64,000 bases of DNA. Origin: Lama guanicoe. Taxonomy: Eukaryota. Below are positions 40,910-54,286 of the stretch, piece after piece. The notes below the pieces were generated by a model. It worked only from the letters and a program-made list of their open reading frames with translations. It was not told the origin of the DNA and did not search any database. The stretch covers positions 3,585,902 to 3,649,901 of the forward strand of contig MU053652.1 in assembly GCA_013239625.1 (NCBI GenBank), in the 5' to 3' direction. How positions within the stretch are numbered: the stretch's first letter is position 1; each line of letters opens with the position of its first letter. A program made the position numbers and the translations under genes.

Positions 40910-41695
40910 CTTTTTTTTCACTGAAGTATAGTTGATTTACAGTGTTGTGTTAGTTCCTGGTGTACAGCATAGTGATTCAGTCATACACACATATATATAC
41001 ATATTCTTTTTCATATTTTTTGTTATAGGTTATGATAAGATATTGAATAGAGTTCCCTATGCTGTACAGTAGGATCTTGTTGTTTATCTATTTTATATAT
41101 AGTAGTATGTGTCTGCTAATCTCAAACTCCCAATTTATCCCTTCCCTCCCCATTTCCCTTTGGTAATCATAAGTCTGTTTTCTATGTCTGTAAGTTTGTT
41201 TCTGTTTTGCAAATAAGTTCACTTGTCTCATTTTTTTTTGATTTCACATATAAGTGATATCATGTGATATTTGTCTTTCTTTGTCTGACTTACTTCACTT
41301 AGTATGATCATCTCTAGGTCCATCCATGTTGCTACAAATGGCATGATTTCATTCTTTTTTATGATTGAGTAGTATTCCACTGTGTATATATACCACAGCT
41401 TCTTTATCCAATCCTATCAGTGGACATTTAGGTTGCTTTCACATCTTGGCTATTGTAAGTACTGCTGCTATGAACAGTGGGGTGCATGTATCTTTTTGAA
41501 TTAAAGTTCCCTCCAGATATATGACCAGGAGTGGGATTGCTGGATCATATGGTAACTATTTTTAGTTTTTTTAAGGAGTTTCCATATGGTTTTCCATAGT
41601 AGCTTCACCAAATTACATTCTCACCAACAATATAGGAAGGTTCCCTTTTCACTACACCCTCTCCAGCATTTATCATTTTGACTTTTTAATGATTG
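40910..41695 (-). mobile_element. L1 3' end
   Basis: Closely similar to the 23944-24575 element (tctaggtccatccatgttgct...ggattgctggatcat). Confidence 0.9.
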
Positions 41696-43419
41696 CCCTG
41701 TTTCTTAGGTTAATAATTTCTAAACATTCTCAATTAGCAGGCCACATCAGGAAAGGCAAAATAGCCTTTATTAAAGTGTGATTTATCTCAGTGCTTGCCA
41801 GACTTTTTCACGTCATGACACACGTTATGGTAAACTGTAATATTTATATGACACAAGGGATAAACTGACTGTGTAAAGCTGGATGCTGTCGTCTAGTGCC
41901 AGCTGCTCCAGGACTGCAGGGATTCATCTCCTCTGCAGACCTGTACCCCATGTCTTGGCACACTATTGGGAACCCCCAATCTGACACTTGGATCCTTGCC
42001 TAAATTAAAAAAAATCCCTAGAATTAATAAATGGAAGGCATGTCTATCAGCGACACAATGATGACATAAACTGTGTCTTAAATATTGTGAACACATTTTA
42101 AATGTATCCCCAAAGCAAAACAAGGACATTTTAAATGATGTTGTTATCCCTATTGCCAGTGCTGTTCCTAAGAAGTCCCCACCCGCTCACTAAGCCTGGA
42201 CGACGCTGGGAGAGCCCCGGTGGTCTCTGGATGTCTCTTCTAGCCTGTGCGGAGTATTAGGGCTCATTATCATTATTGTAACATAACAGTGTCCTTCCTA
42301 TCCACCACAGGTTCTGAACCCAATGAGAACAAGGCTTAGGAGTGAGAAAAGTTGAGATGAAAGTAGAGCCTTATTACTGATAAAGCTGGATTGGAAGAAA
42401 GTGGCTGGTACGCACATCCAAACGGGCTTCCTATTTTTGTTTCCCAGAATCAGACTTACCCACACAGTCTTCAGCAAAGCAGCTGGATTACTGCAGGGCA
42501 AACACCCTCATCCCTCCTGCCAAGACTGGCTGCTTACCCCTTGGAGTGCGGGAGGTCGGGAGAATTCAAGTTATTTTTCCAGTGCCATTCCCTCCCAGAG
42601 AAGCCCACAGAAGTTTCTGTTTAATGGGGCAAGGTAGGAATGCAGGGTGGTGAAAATAGCCCAAAGAGCCTTTGAGGGTTTATAAACCTTTTACTCTCAA
42701 GTAAATGCTGAGTGTGTCTTGGCTTCCTGGAAAACAGAGCTTGAGACAAAACCTAAAGGTTAATGTTTTAGTGGGGAGGTTGCAAGCCCAGAGCAGCAAG
42801 AGGGAAGAAAAGAAAGGTGAGGCAGGGAAGGAAGGGAAGCAAATCCAAGACTGTGCATAACCAAGCTGGCTTTGGCCTCACAAGAAAATACGCAGCATTG
42901 CTCGCCAGGAGGCCAGCTGGGTTGGACCTGGATGCTGGAGCTCCTGTGCCCTGGCTCCCCAGGCGGGTTGAGGCTGCACCTGACAGGGCAGCACAGTGAC
43001 AGCAGCTCTGACTGCAGGGCCACAGAAAGAAGCCCGTGCCTCTCTAGCCAGGAGGCAGGGCAAGACCGGGCAAGATGAGACTGCAGAAAAAGTGGGGCTT
43101 AGCCAATCTAGGAAGGTGTATAACATATGAAAAAACTGTCTTGATTTTGAGTTTGCTTAGGGCCCTGATGCTCTGGGCAGTCAGATATCTTTTGACTGCA
43201 ACTTTGGTTAAGTGCTGGTTAAAAAAAAAAAAAGAGATGTGCTCTCTCCTTGTGATGAAATGATGCAACTGTCTGCAAGGGCCCAGAGGCCTTGCAAGTT
43301 TGAACTGGGCCTGCAACCACACAGCAGCCTGGACCATTGGTCCAACCACTGACCAGACAGCCAAAAACATGGCATTGAAACAGCATCATTTTTATATTTA
43401 TTTTTTCAAGCTGTATATG

Positions 43420-44560
43420 GTTTTATTATTATTATGTATTGAAATATAACTTACATACTTTAAAATGCATTCTTCTGTTGGTTTTTTTGTTGTGTTTTGG
43501 GGGGAGGGGGAGGGGGAGGTAATTAGGTTTATTTATTTATTTATTTTGATGGGGGTACTGGAGACTGAACCCAGGACCTCGTGCATGCTAAGCATGTGCT
43601 CTACCATTGAGCTATACCCTCCCATCTAAAATTCATTCTTTTCACATGTACAATTCAGTAGTTTTAGATCATTCACAAGGTTCTGCAACCCACAGCACAA
43701 TTAATTTGAGAACATTATTATTACTCCAAAAAGAAACCCCATACCCATTACTAGTCCCTTTCCATTTCCCATTCCCTGCAGGAAACCACTAATTTACTTT
43801 CCACTTCTGTGAATTTGCCTGTTCTGGACATTTCATATTAGCAGAAATACTCAATATGTGGCGTGTTGTGACTGGCTTCTTTCATTCAGCCTGTTTTCCA
43901 GGTTCATCCATGTTATGACATGTGTCAGAACTTCAGTCTTTTTTTGGGGGGGGTGGATTAGTAGCCCCTTATATGGCTATATCACATTTATTTTTCCACT
44001 CATCAATTAATGGACATTTGAGTTGTTTATACTTTTTGGCTTTTATGAATAATGCTGCTATGAATACATATATACAAGTTTTTTTGTGTTTTAATTTCTC
44101 TTGGGTATGTACCTAAAAATGGAATGGCTGGGTCATACATTAAGTACATGTTCAACTTTTTGAGGAACTGCCAAACTGCTTTCTAAGTGGCTGTACCATT
44201 GTGCCTTCCCACCAGCAATCTATGAGGCTTCTAATTTCTATGTATTTTCACCAGCACTTATTGTCTTTTTGATGAAATTCATTCAAGTGGGGGAGAAGTG
44301 ATACCTCACTGTGATTTTGATTTGCATTTTCCAAATGACAAATGGTGTTGAGCATCTTTTCATGTGCTTAGTGGCCATGGAGAAATTTCTACTCAAATCC
44401 TTTTCCCATATTTAAATTGGGTTATTTGTCTGTGTATTGTTGAATTGTAAGAATTCTTTGCATACTCTGGATAGTATATGTCAGATATATGTTTGCAAAT
44501 CCTTTCTCCGCTCTGTGGGTGGAGATATGTCCTTTGAAGTACAAAACTTTTAAATTAAAA
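43420..44560 (-). mobile_element. Old L1 (L1M-type) fragment
   Basis: Typical antisense L1 text (tttgatttgcattttccaaatgacaaatggtgttgagcatcttttcatgtgctta). Confidence 0.85.
43497..43623 (-). mobile_element. tRNA-derived SINE (vic-1-like) inserted in an older L1
   Basis: ggaggtaattaggtttatttattt...gaacccaggacctcgtgcatgctaagcatgtgctctaccattgagctataccctccc. Confidence 0.88.
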
Positions 44561-45882
44561 AAAAGTTGATGCATATCTTCTTATTACTTTATGTATGCAT
44601 CTATCAGTAGGTACTGTTTAAAATCGAGTTATAATTGACAGAACATTATATTCGTTTCAAATGTACAACACAGTGATTTGATATACGTATGTATTTCGAA
44701 ATGATCATTTCTAACCAAGAAGAATGTGACTGAATCAAAACAATCATCTTAGAGTTTGGTAACATTCCCTTCTGCCCCAGCCATTGCCGGCCAGTCAGCT
44801 GAGGGCCCTTTCCTGGATCCTTTGCCGTGTGACCACTGGAGTAAGGCCAAGGCAGCCAGAGCGCCCTGGGGAAAACCAAACTGCCTCTTGAGACACTGGG
44901 AGAAAATCAGAGGAGGGAAATTTAGGAAGGAAAAGGAACAAGGAGTCCTGTTTTCTCACTTTAGCTTTCTTTTTCCTTTGATCAACTCAGCAAATTCATA
45001 CATATCACTTTCCCCAAATGCAACTCCATTTCTCTTCCAGCAAAATTAGCAGAAGAGACCTGCCTGGTATTGAGAGGAATAAGGAAAATTCAGTTAAGTC
45101 TTTTTAGACTTACCCCCCAAATTTTAAAGGTCCTGGCTCAATGTAAACTCTCCAACGTGTGACCTTCCTGGTTTCAAGCAGTTTTCCCCCACAGTCTGTC
45201 AAGAGTGAGCAGATGAATTCCCCAGGCACCCCGTGATAGCTGAGACTGGAATTCAGAACCCCAGATTTTGAAGCCATCTGCCTCAGGGCCAGAGCCTCCC
45301 CTTTCCTTCCCAGAGAGCCAGATTGGAGCCCTGGCTATGGAAGCCCTGACTCCACACATTCTGCCTTTAAAGTGCAAATGTCTGTTTTAGGCACAGAAAA
45401 TATATAGATGTGTAAGAAAATTCCTGCTCACAGTGCAGTAGGGAAGCTGCATCGGAAACGAGTGGTCACTACGACCACACAACACCCACAAGATAGAAGT
45501 GCTGGGTACACATGGAACCTGGCAAGCCTGCCTGTGACTCCAGTAGAGGGTCTCAGATGGGCAGCTGTGTCTGCCTTTCCAGGGGACTGGGACCTGCAAC
45601 AGCCCCACAGGCTGGGGGAAAGGGAACTCTGCCCCAAAGAGGGCAAAGTAGTACATTTAGTAAAAGTAAAATTTGTGCTTCTTCTCAGTTGGCAGACTAG
45701 AAGATAAAGGCCTTTCCCCTAAAGTAGGTAAGGCTTCCTTCTCTCCACTCCTTAATACCACGGTTGCCGCATTCAAAGGGGAGAAGAGGACAGAGGAGAG
45801 GAGAAGATGGGAGAGTAGGGAAGAGGATGTTTGGTCAACAATTGTTCCCACTGTGACCCAGAGAAACAGGGAAGAATAGGAC

Positions 45883-46382
45883 TTTTTTTTTAAAAAAATA
45901 ATACCTTTATTGACCTATAACTCACATATCATTAAATGTACTCAAAATGTACAATTCAATTTTTTTTAGCATATTCACAGAGTTGTGCAACCATCACCAC
46001 AATTTTAGAACATTTTCATCACCTTAAAAAGAAACCTGTGCCCCTTAACAGTCACACCTGTCCCTCATATTTCCTATTCCTCCCACCTTAGGCAACTACC
46101 AAACTACTCTGTCTCTATACATCGTTCTATTCTGGACATTTGATATAAAAGGAATCATACAGTGTGACCTTTTGTGACTGGCTCATTTCTCTTTGCATAG
46201 TAGTTTCAAGGCTCATCTATGGCAAATCAGTATTTCGTTTCTTCTCGTTGCTGAGTAATATTCCATTGTATGGATATACCACTTTTATTTATTCATTCCA
46301 TCAGTTATGTTTGGGTTATTTCCACTTCTTAGCATTCTAAATAATGGTGCTTATAAACATTTGTGTACAAGTTTTTGTATGG
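45883..46382 (-). mobile_element. Old L1 3' fragment
   Basis: atattcacagagttgtgcaaccatcaccac...tattccattgtatggatataccac. Confidence 0.8.
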
Positions 46383-46634
46383 AAGAGTGGACTTTTCAGT
46401 TAGTCCTTAGTGATCATGTACTAACTGCCTACCATGTGTATAGCACAGTGATATGTGTAGGGATGAGGGAAGGTATATAGGAGGGCTGAGACACAAAGAA
46501 CTATAAATATAAAATGTAATGGCCCAGCTGTCCTCTGACTAGAGGGATACACAATCAAAATTCATTCTTTGAATCTTCAATGGACCCTGGCTCCAAAAAA
46601 GAAGCCATAGAGGGGACAGTTAAGAATATCTAAT

Positions 46635-46885
46635 TATACTACTCAGCCATAAAAACCGACAACATAATGCCATTTGCAGCGGCATGGATGATCCTGGAGA
46701 GTGTCATTCTAAGTGAAGTAAGCCAGAAAGAGAAGGAAAAATATCATATGAGATCGCTCATATGTGGAATCTAAAAAACAAAAACAAACAAAAACAAAAA
46801 CAAACAAAAACAAAGCATAAATACAGGACAGAAATAGACTCATGGACAGAGAATACAGACTTGTGGTTACCGGGGGGTGGGAAAA
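46635..46885 (+). mobile_element. Young L1 fragment (ORF2 end / 3'UTR start)
   Basis: Very similar to 530-755 (cagccataaaaaccgacaacataatgccatttgcagc...gtaagccagaaagagaa). Confidence 0.88.
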
Positions 46886-48439
46886 TGTAAAAAAAAAAGC
46901 ATCATGAGAAAGGAAAAAAAAATCTAATTATGGACTGGAAACTAGATGATATTAGGGAATCGTTGCTCATTTTCTTATGTTTATGGTTATAAAGGAACAT
47001 GCCCTTATTTGTAGGATATGCATGCTGAAGTACATAGGGTTGAAGTGTCACGTATCTGAAGATTATTTTCAAAAGGTTTGGCAAAAAAGAAAAAAAAAGT
47101 ACACACACTCACACATATATGCCTAAACGCAAGTAAAGCAAATATGTTAAAATGTTAACAGTTGTTAAATCTGGGTGGTGGGTAATTGGGTGGTCATTGA
47201 CCATTTTCTCAAATTTTCAGCATATCTGAGTATTTCCAAAGTAAAAAGCTAAAACAATTACAAAATAAAAAAACCTCAAATAAGGTAAGGAGATAAAAGT
47301 TAGAAGGTGTACCTTTCAAAAGAAGGTGGTAGAGGAAGGCCTCTTTGAAGACAGGACATTTGAATAAAGACATGGGTGCAGGAAGAGGGAGTTGGCCACA
47401 AGGACCCAGGGGAAGGGCATTCCAGGAAGAGGGAACAGCCAGCTCAGAGGCCCCAAAGTAGAAACGGGCTTCTTGTGTCCCTGGACACAGGCGCAGAGAG
47501 AGGCTGAGAGGATGTGAGGGAGGCAGGAAATGGGGTTGAAAACAGCCTCACTCCAGACTACACGGCATCACAGAATTGCGTTTAAGAATGACCTGCTGAA
47601 GGACTGTGAGTGGGCAGTGACTTGGGTTGAATTATATTTTAAAACATTTCTCTGGCTCCTGGGTGGAGAATACACTGTGAGGTTAGGGTGGGGATCACAG
47701 TGGGCAGAGAGGCTGATAAATAGAATTTATTGCAGAGAAAATGTTATCTCAGATTAGATAATGGCACCGGGCGAAGGGCTCAGGTTTGGCAAATATGTCC
47801 AAGAAGGGGAATTCTCGCAGAATTTGCTGATGGACTGGGTGTGGGAATGTGTGTGGGGGGAAAGAGTCAAGGGAGCGCCAAGGTCAGTCTGAGTGACTGG
47901 CCGGATGGTGGTGGCCGTTTGCTGGGACAGGGAACACTGTGGGCTGGGGGTTGGCGGGGAGGCACAGACTTTCTCTCTTCAGAGGAACATTAATTTGGTT
48001 TAGAATGGCCTGGAAGTCTTCATGGTCATGGAGGAGGTTGAATTTGGGTTGGGCCTTCAAAATGAGGAGTTCATCAATGTCAACAAATTAAGGCTTTCAT
48101 GTGAGTTGACAAACAGAGTGATGGCTAGAGGCATGGCCTTTGAAGTTGGGGACCTGGATTTGAATCCCGACTGGCTATGTGACATTGGGCAAATTGCTTA
48201 ACTTCTTTGAACCTGAGGTTCTTCATCTGTGAAATAGGCAAAATAACATGTGTCCTGTCAGGTTGTTAGGTTGTAAAACACCTTGGCACAGGGCCTGGCA
48301 CAGAGTAGGTGCTCAGCTTGTAATGTTTCCTGCCACTCTGCGGAGATCATCAGGAAGAACTAACTTTGTGAGCTCCCAAGGGACTGCTTTAAGGGACTGT
48401 TAATCTTCTGATGCCTTTTCAGCTACAGCAGTCCTTTCC

Positions 48440-49660
48440 TCCTTTTATTCACCTAGTTTTTGAGCACTTAACTGTGTACCACATGCTGTTCTAGGCATTG
48501 GATGTACAGCAGTGAGTTTTAAAAATCCCTGTTTTACAGGGATTTTCTGTTGGAGGGAGCTTACATTCTGGTGGAGGGAGAAGACAAACATAGCCAAGGA
48601 ATATACAGTATGTAATATATGAGCTGGTAATAAGTCCTAGGGAGAAAAACAAAACAGGAAAGGAGAAGAGGAGGTGCTAGGGTAGAGCTGGGACTGTAAT
48701 TTTACAGAGGTGCCCAGAGAAGGCTCTAATGAGACAGTGAAATCTCTGCAAAGACCTAAAGGAGAGAAGGGAGTAAGCCGTGTTTTTATCTAGATGAAGA
48801 ATGTTTCAGGCTGAGAGAATGGCTAGTGCAAAGGCCCTGGGGCAAGAGCATGCTTGGTGTATCTGAGGAACAGCAAGAAGGCCAGTGTGGCTAGAAAGGA
48901 GTGAGCTACAGAAAAGGGGAGGGTCAGCTCCTGTAGGGCCTGGGAAGCCTGTGATGGCTTTGGCTTTAACACAGAGTGAAATGGGAAGTCCTTGGAGGGT
49001 TTTGAACAGTGGGGAGACAAGGTCTGATTTACAGTTTAAAAGGCTCACTGGCTTCTATAGGAGGGAATTCAGGGGTTAAAGAGAGGAGGCCAGTTGGGAG
49101 GTAGTTATAGTAATGATGATGGCTTGGCAGAGGTGGTGGGGAAAAGATTCTGGATATATTTGATAGTAGAGGCAACAAGATTTCCCGATAGATTCAAGGT
49201 ACAGCATTAGAGAGAGGAGTCAAGGATTTTTAAGTTCAAGGCCTTTGACCTGGGCAGCTGGAAGGAAGTATTTGGTTGAACCAAATGAAGCTGCCAATAC
49301 TTAACTGTTCTTAACCTTTGAAAAAATGGCAACTTTATATATTTTAACTTAATAGCGGCCATTTACTGAGATGGGGAATGCTCTGTGAGGAAGAGGCGAG
49401 GAGGGTATCAGAAGTTTATTTTTGGACAGGCAATGTTCACTAGGCAGCTGCATTCACGTGTCTGGAGCCCAGGAGTGAGGCCCCAGTCAGAAATGTACTC
49501 TAGAGAGTCAGAGTATAGCTGGCAGTGAAAGGTCTGAGACTGGATGAGGTCACCTGGGGATAAATGTAGATAAAGAAGAACAGAGGCCTGGGGACTGAGC
49601 CTGGGTCTCTAGCATTTCCAGATCAGGGAGATGAGGAAGCAGCAAAGGAAACACAGGAAG
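48440..49660 (-). mobile_element. L2 LINE remnant
   Basis: Starts with the reverse complement of the L2 3' end (ttgagcacttaactgtgtacc...ctaggcattgg) and continues with purine-rich L2-like text. Confidence 0.7.
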
Positions 49661-49773
49661 TCACGACTGGAAAAACAAAGGTTCCAAACAGAGGTGCTGG
49701 CCCAGCTAAGAGCTCCCTAGATGTAGATGTGAATAATTTCCAACCTCACTCTCTCCTTGAGGCTTGGCATTAG

Positions 49774-49776
<3 letters not shown>

Positions 49777-49809
<33 letters not shown>
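49777..49809. repeat. (GT)n microsatellite, ~16 units
   Basis: Direct reading. Confidence 0.95.
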
Positions 49810-49810
<1 letters not shown>

Positions 49811-50599
49811 CATGATAATATCTTATTCATGATAGAGAGTGCAACATCTCTTCTCCTATTTGATCCATTTCACAGATGAGTAAACTGAGACACAAAGGTT
49901 AGGCTATTTGCCCAAGATTCATCAATAACAGGTAGCAGACCTGGGACTAGAAGGGGTCAACTGTTTCTAAGTTCCATACTGTCATTGAATCACACTTGTT
50001 TGGTGGGGTTTGGGGGTAGGTGTTTGCCCAGGGGAACTGCTACCAGAGGTAGTAACCAAAGAACCCCCTGGGAATGATAGTAGTGCAGGAGATGCAATCT
50101 TGCCGCTGCCAGCTGCTGCCTGAGCTCCCACTGACTGTTTCTGTAGGGGCACATTGTAACAGGGTTACATGGAGATGACTTGAAATGAGTTTTAAGCCTT
50201 TATTTCCTGGCAGCAAGGAAACTGCTGATATTACTGCCCTCTTGAGGGATCTGGACCTGTGATCTCAGATACCAAGAGCGCCAGATTAAAATGAACCTAT
50301 TTCTCAACCGAAATGGTCAGACTGAATCGGGAGGCCTTATTTGGGGGACTTTCACATTTGACAGGGACAGTGATAAATTCACTTTAGTTTTAGAGCCGTT
50401 GGGTTAATAGGGAGCTTCAGAGACAGAGTGGCTTCTGGGCTGGGCTCTTCCACTCACTCCATCAAATGATGAATTTCATCTTACTTTCTCTTAGCATCTT
50501 GCTCAAATCATAATATTGTCTGGGAACTTATTTTCTTGCCTTTGAGAAGCTGCTCCTGAGATCGGAGGCTCCACTGGTCAAGCTTGGCCCTGCCCTTGG

Positions 50600-50702
50600 G
50601 AGAGATAAACAGGCCTGAATACATTTCCAGATTGCAACACTTGCGAGTCAGGCAGGGCTGGACAGCTGTTCCCTAGCAGCACCCCTGGTTGTCCCTGATA
50701 AG
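50600..50702 (+). promoter_or_regulatory. Candidate GATA/E-box enhancer
   Basis: AGATAA (50603-50608), E-box CAGCTG (50663-50668) and CTG-N9-GATAAG (50685-50702). Confidence 0.45.
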
Positions 50703-51869
50703 GAAGAACACGGCTCATTCCAGCGTACTGCCGTGTGTGCACATATATAAACAGACACTCCCAGGCCCCGGTGTTGTTTTAGAGTAAATTATTGACATTC
50801 TGAATGGCTGAAACATTGAGGGGAAAGGTGAACACAAACTCACTCTGCTCAAGAGAAACTCCAGGTTCGTAAGCCAAAAATAAATCAACCAACACTATCA
50901 TCTGGCAGCACTGTGGAGCCACCTTCTGAACCTACCTGGTCAAGGCTCTGAAGCTCTGGAAAGAGGAGGGAAGGGTTGCAGTGGAGGAAGGGGGAGGAAG
51001 TCAGAATAGGGAAGGTGGACTGATGAAGGAGCAGATGGCAAAATGCCCAGAGAGAAAGGTGTATTGTAAAAATGTGAACAAACCTTCACCACAAAGATTG
51101 ACACTATGACATCTTAAAAACAAAAACAAACAAACAAAAAAAGTGAACACTCTTCTTAAATGACAGTGTGTAAGGAGTGGGGCAAATGGGAGATTGACAA
51201 TAATAACACCACCACATAACATTATTACACCTTGTAATCAACACTTCATGTAACCTTTAGGAAAACCAATTTACAGTTTACAAGAGGCTTTCACATTCAT
51301 CTCTTCCATTTACTCCATCAACCCACTCAAGTGGGTAGGGCATTTTAAGTCACATTTTACAGATGAGAAAACTGAGGCTCAGGGAGGATATAAGCAATTA
51401 ACTGAGGCATAATTAAGAGGTGGGGAGGGGCTTGTTTGTCCTAAGTAATTCAGAGCTAAGATACTTACTAGGAAGGGTGATTCCTTTTCAATGACTGCTC
51501 AGAGGCTAAATTGCCATTGCATTCCTAAGTAGAGCAGCTCCCCCTTCTCCAGTGCTGTCCAGTGCTGTCTAACTAAACACTCCTCTGATGATTTTTGCCT
51601 GATACTTAGATCACAGCAGCATAACATCTGTGAAGATTAATGTGCCAGGGAAAATGTCTAGATCCACCCTATACCCTTCATTCTCAAATGCCCCATCCTT
51701 GACCAGTTCTTTCTGTTTTGGAAAAAAATACCTTGGGTCCTGTAAGCGTGCTACCTCGCTCTCAGGTGGGGCGGAAACATCCTTATTTGTATAGGATATT
51801 ATGGAAGCACAGGACCCACCTAGAGGGGTCAGGTAGGTGTTTTTGAAAGTGCCTATTGGAATCTTCCAG

Positions 51870-52050
51870 CAGTGGTTCTCAAACTTTGGCCTGCATCAGA
51901 ATCACCTGGGGAGCTTGTTAGAGACCTGGATGTCCAAGCCCGACCCCAGACCTTCTGAATCAGAATCCCCAGGGGGTGGGGCCTGGACATTCATGAGCTT
52001 AACAAGCTCCCCAGGTGATTCTGGGGAGTACACCAAAGCTTGGGAATCAT
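51870..52050. mobile_element. MER5-type hAT-Charlie MITE
   Basis: cagtggttctcaaacttt terminus and internal inverted repeat (agaatcacctggggagcttgtta / taacaagctccccaggtgattct). Confidence 0.85.
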
Positions 52051-52858
52051 GGGAGTGGGAGGTACTCAGGTGCAGGAGAGTAGGGAGCAGCAACAGGAGC
52101 CTGGAGAGTCCAGAGGAGACACAGTCAGGAACAACCCTCTGCTCTGCCCTTATCTCTATTTCCCTTTAACAAAGTGTCAAGTAAAGAGGGTTAGAAATCT
52201 CTTCCTTCAGACACATCCTCCTAACAGAATTGCTATGTGCAGAAGGAAAGAGCAACATACCCCCTTTAGAAGCAGTTAAAATAGACCATATTTTTCAGAA
52301 AGAATAGAGGTTACCAAGGGCTGGGGAGAGTGAGGAATGAGTGAGGAATTATTATTTAATGGGTACAGAGTTTCTGTTTGGGATGATGAGAAAGTTCTGG
52401 AAATGGATGGTAGTGATGGTTGTAGAACATTGTGAATGCATTTAATACCACTGAACTGTAAACTTTAAAATGGTTAAAATGGAAACTTTTGTGTTATGTA
52501 TACACTTACCCCCCGCACATGCACACAGCACACAGAATAGCTGGTCTTTTGAGGGATGGAATGATGGGAGCAAACAACATCCAATTTTATAGCAATTTTA
52601 CAATCAAACAATGTTGATTGCTGCTGCCCCAGGTGCGTGTGTGTGTGGGTATGTGTGTGTGGTAGGTCACATAAGGGGATCCAACTCATAAAATACAAGT
52701 GTATATTCATGGGAACAAGGGAATAGATAAAAATTCTGAAAATAGATGGCAGTGAAAATATGATATAAATACAGAAGCTGCCTAGAACACTCTTTCCTGC
52801 CCCCTTTGCCTGGTTTACTCCTGGGTTTCATATCATTTCTTTTGGAGTGCCTTGTAGA

Positions 52859-53000
52859 GCAGTGTCTCTCAAACTTCACTACACAAAGGAATCACCTGGG
52901 GACCTTGTTAAACTGCAAATTGTAATTCAGGAGATCTGAGACAAAGCTCTAGCCTGCATTTGTAACAGGTGATGCTGACACTAGATCTAGACCACATTGG
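52859..53000. mobile_element. MER5-type MITE remnant
   Basis: cagtgtctctcaaactt...gaatcacctggggaccttgttaaa. Confidence 0.65.
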
Positions 53001-53680
53001 GAGGGCTGTGTAAATTTTAAGTCTTTCTTAGCTCATCAAGATAGTCTCATGTCCAGCAGAGTGATGACCACTCATTAGGTGCTCAATAAATATTTACTGA
53101 GTGAATGATGGAGTATATATGGTTGATATAGGAGTTTGGAGGGCAGAGCAATGTTTGTCCTGAACAACAGCATATTTGAGATGTTTCTGCTTTTATCAGT
53201 CATTCACTTTGTGAAATCACCTCATACTCTGTAGAGTAAGGATGTTAGTCGTAAATTATTTCTGGCCTTATCGCCTTGCAGCTTCAACTCTAATCCTCGA
53301 AAAAGTGACCCTACACGCATGGAGGGTAATGAACCCTGATTTGCAAGCTCTGAGGAGGCCTTGCTACAGTCTACAATCGCTGCAAACAAATTCTCTCCAT
53401 CCAAGGAGGACGCAGGGAACCTGCTGCTGTAGGAATTTCCAGATTTTGGTGCTTGTCTTGGTTAATTGCCACCTTGGCCTCCTCAAATCAAGTAAACAGA
53501 CATTTTAACAGTGTATGTGGGAAGGAGGGTCATCACCCTAAAACACATGAATGTAATATTGCCATGATTTAACCATTATCATTTATGATGATGATGTTAA
53601 CGACACTGGCAGTTGAGCGAGTTAGTGTGTAGGGGAGTTGGGGGAGGGGGCAGAGGGCTGTGAGGGCAGGAGAAAGAGGG

Positions 53681-53700
53681 ACTACAACTCCCAGAATCCC
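53681..53700 (+). promoter_or_regulatory. ZNF143/THAP11-type motif ACTACAACTCCCAGAATCCC
   Basis: Close match to the ACTACAnnTCCCAG motif typical of housekeeping CpG-island promoters. Confidence 0.8.
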
Positions 53701-53765
53701 CCGAGAAAGTCCACGCCGCGGCGGCGGCGCCCCACCCCTTTCGCTGGCTGGGCCCGCCCCACCGA

Positions 53766-53787
53766 TGACGTCACAGAGGTTACGTCA
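53766..53787 (+). promoter_or_regulatory. Tandem CRE/ATF sites
   Basis: Perfect palindromic TGACGTCA (53766-53773) and variant TTACGTCA (53780-53787). Confidence 0.75.
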
Positions 53788-54233
53788 CGGCGCCCAGAGC
53801 GAGGCTAGGGTAGAGAGGCCGACTGAGCAGGAGTCGTCCGCTTGTCGTGGAGGCTGCTAGGGAGCCGGCGAGAGGGAGAGCGGGCGAGCAGGCGAACGAG
53901 CTAGAGCAGGCAGGGGGGAGCGTCGCACGGCGCAGAGGAGCGCCGGGGCCGGGCCGAGGCAGAACCTACAGCCGGAGAGGGGCAGCCCGAGCCGGGCGAC
54001 GCGGAGTCCCCACCCCCACTCGGCCGGACAGTGCCCGGTGTTCCCCCGTGCGGGGGGCGGCGGCAGCGGCTGACGGGTCCCGACAGAACCGTGGGGGTGT
54101 TGCCGCCTCCACCGAGGAGCCGGCGCGGCCGCGGGCTCTTCAGAGCCGGGGCCCGGGGCCCGTGACAGACGGGCCGAGGAAGGGAGAGAGGCGTCGGCGG
54201 CGGCGCAGGCGACGGGGAGGCAGCGGCGACACC

Positions 54234-54286
54234 ATGTCATCCCCCAGTCCGGGCAAGAGGCGGATGGACACGGACGTGGTCAAGCT
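54234..54286 (+). CDS. UBE2H: UBE2H (ubiquitin-conjugating enzyme E2 H) exon 1 coding part
   Basis: accATG start; MSSPSPGKRRMDTDVVK(L) is the UBE2H N-terminus as I recall it; 53 nt ending at the GTATCCTT donor; lies in a CpG island. Confidence 0.95.

Noticed and set aside
51870..52050. Long inverted repeat as a possible miRNA/ncRNA hairpin
   Set aside because: Explained by the intrinsic palindromy of MER5 MITEs.
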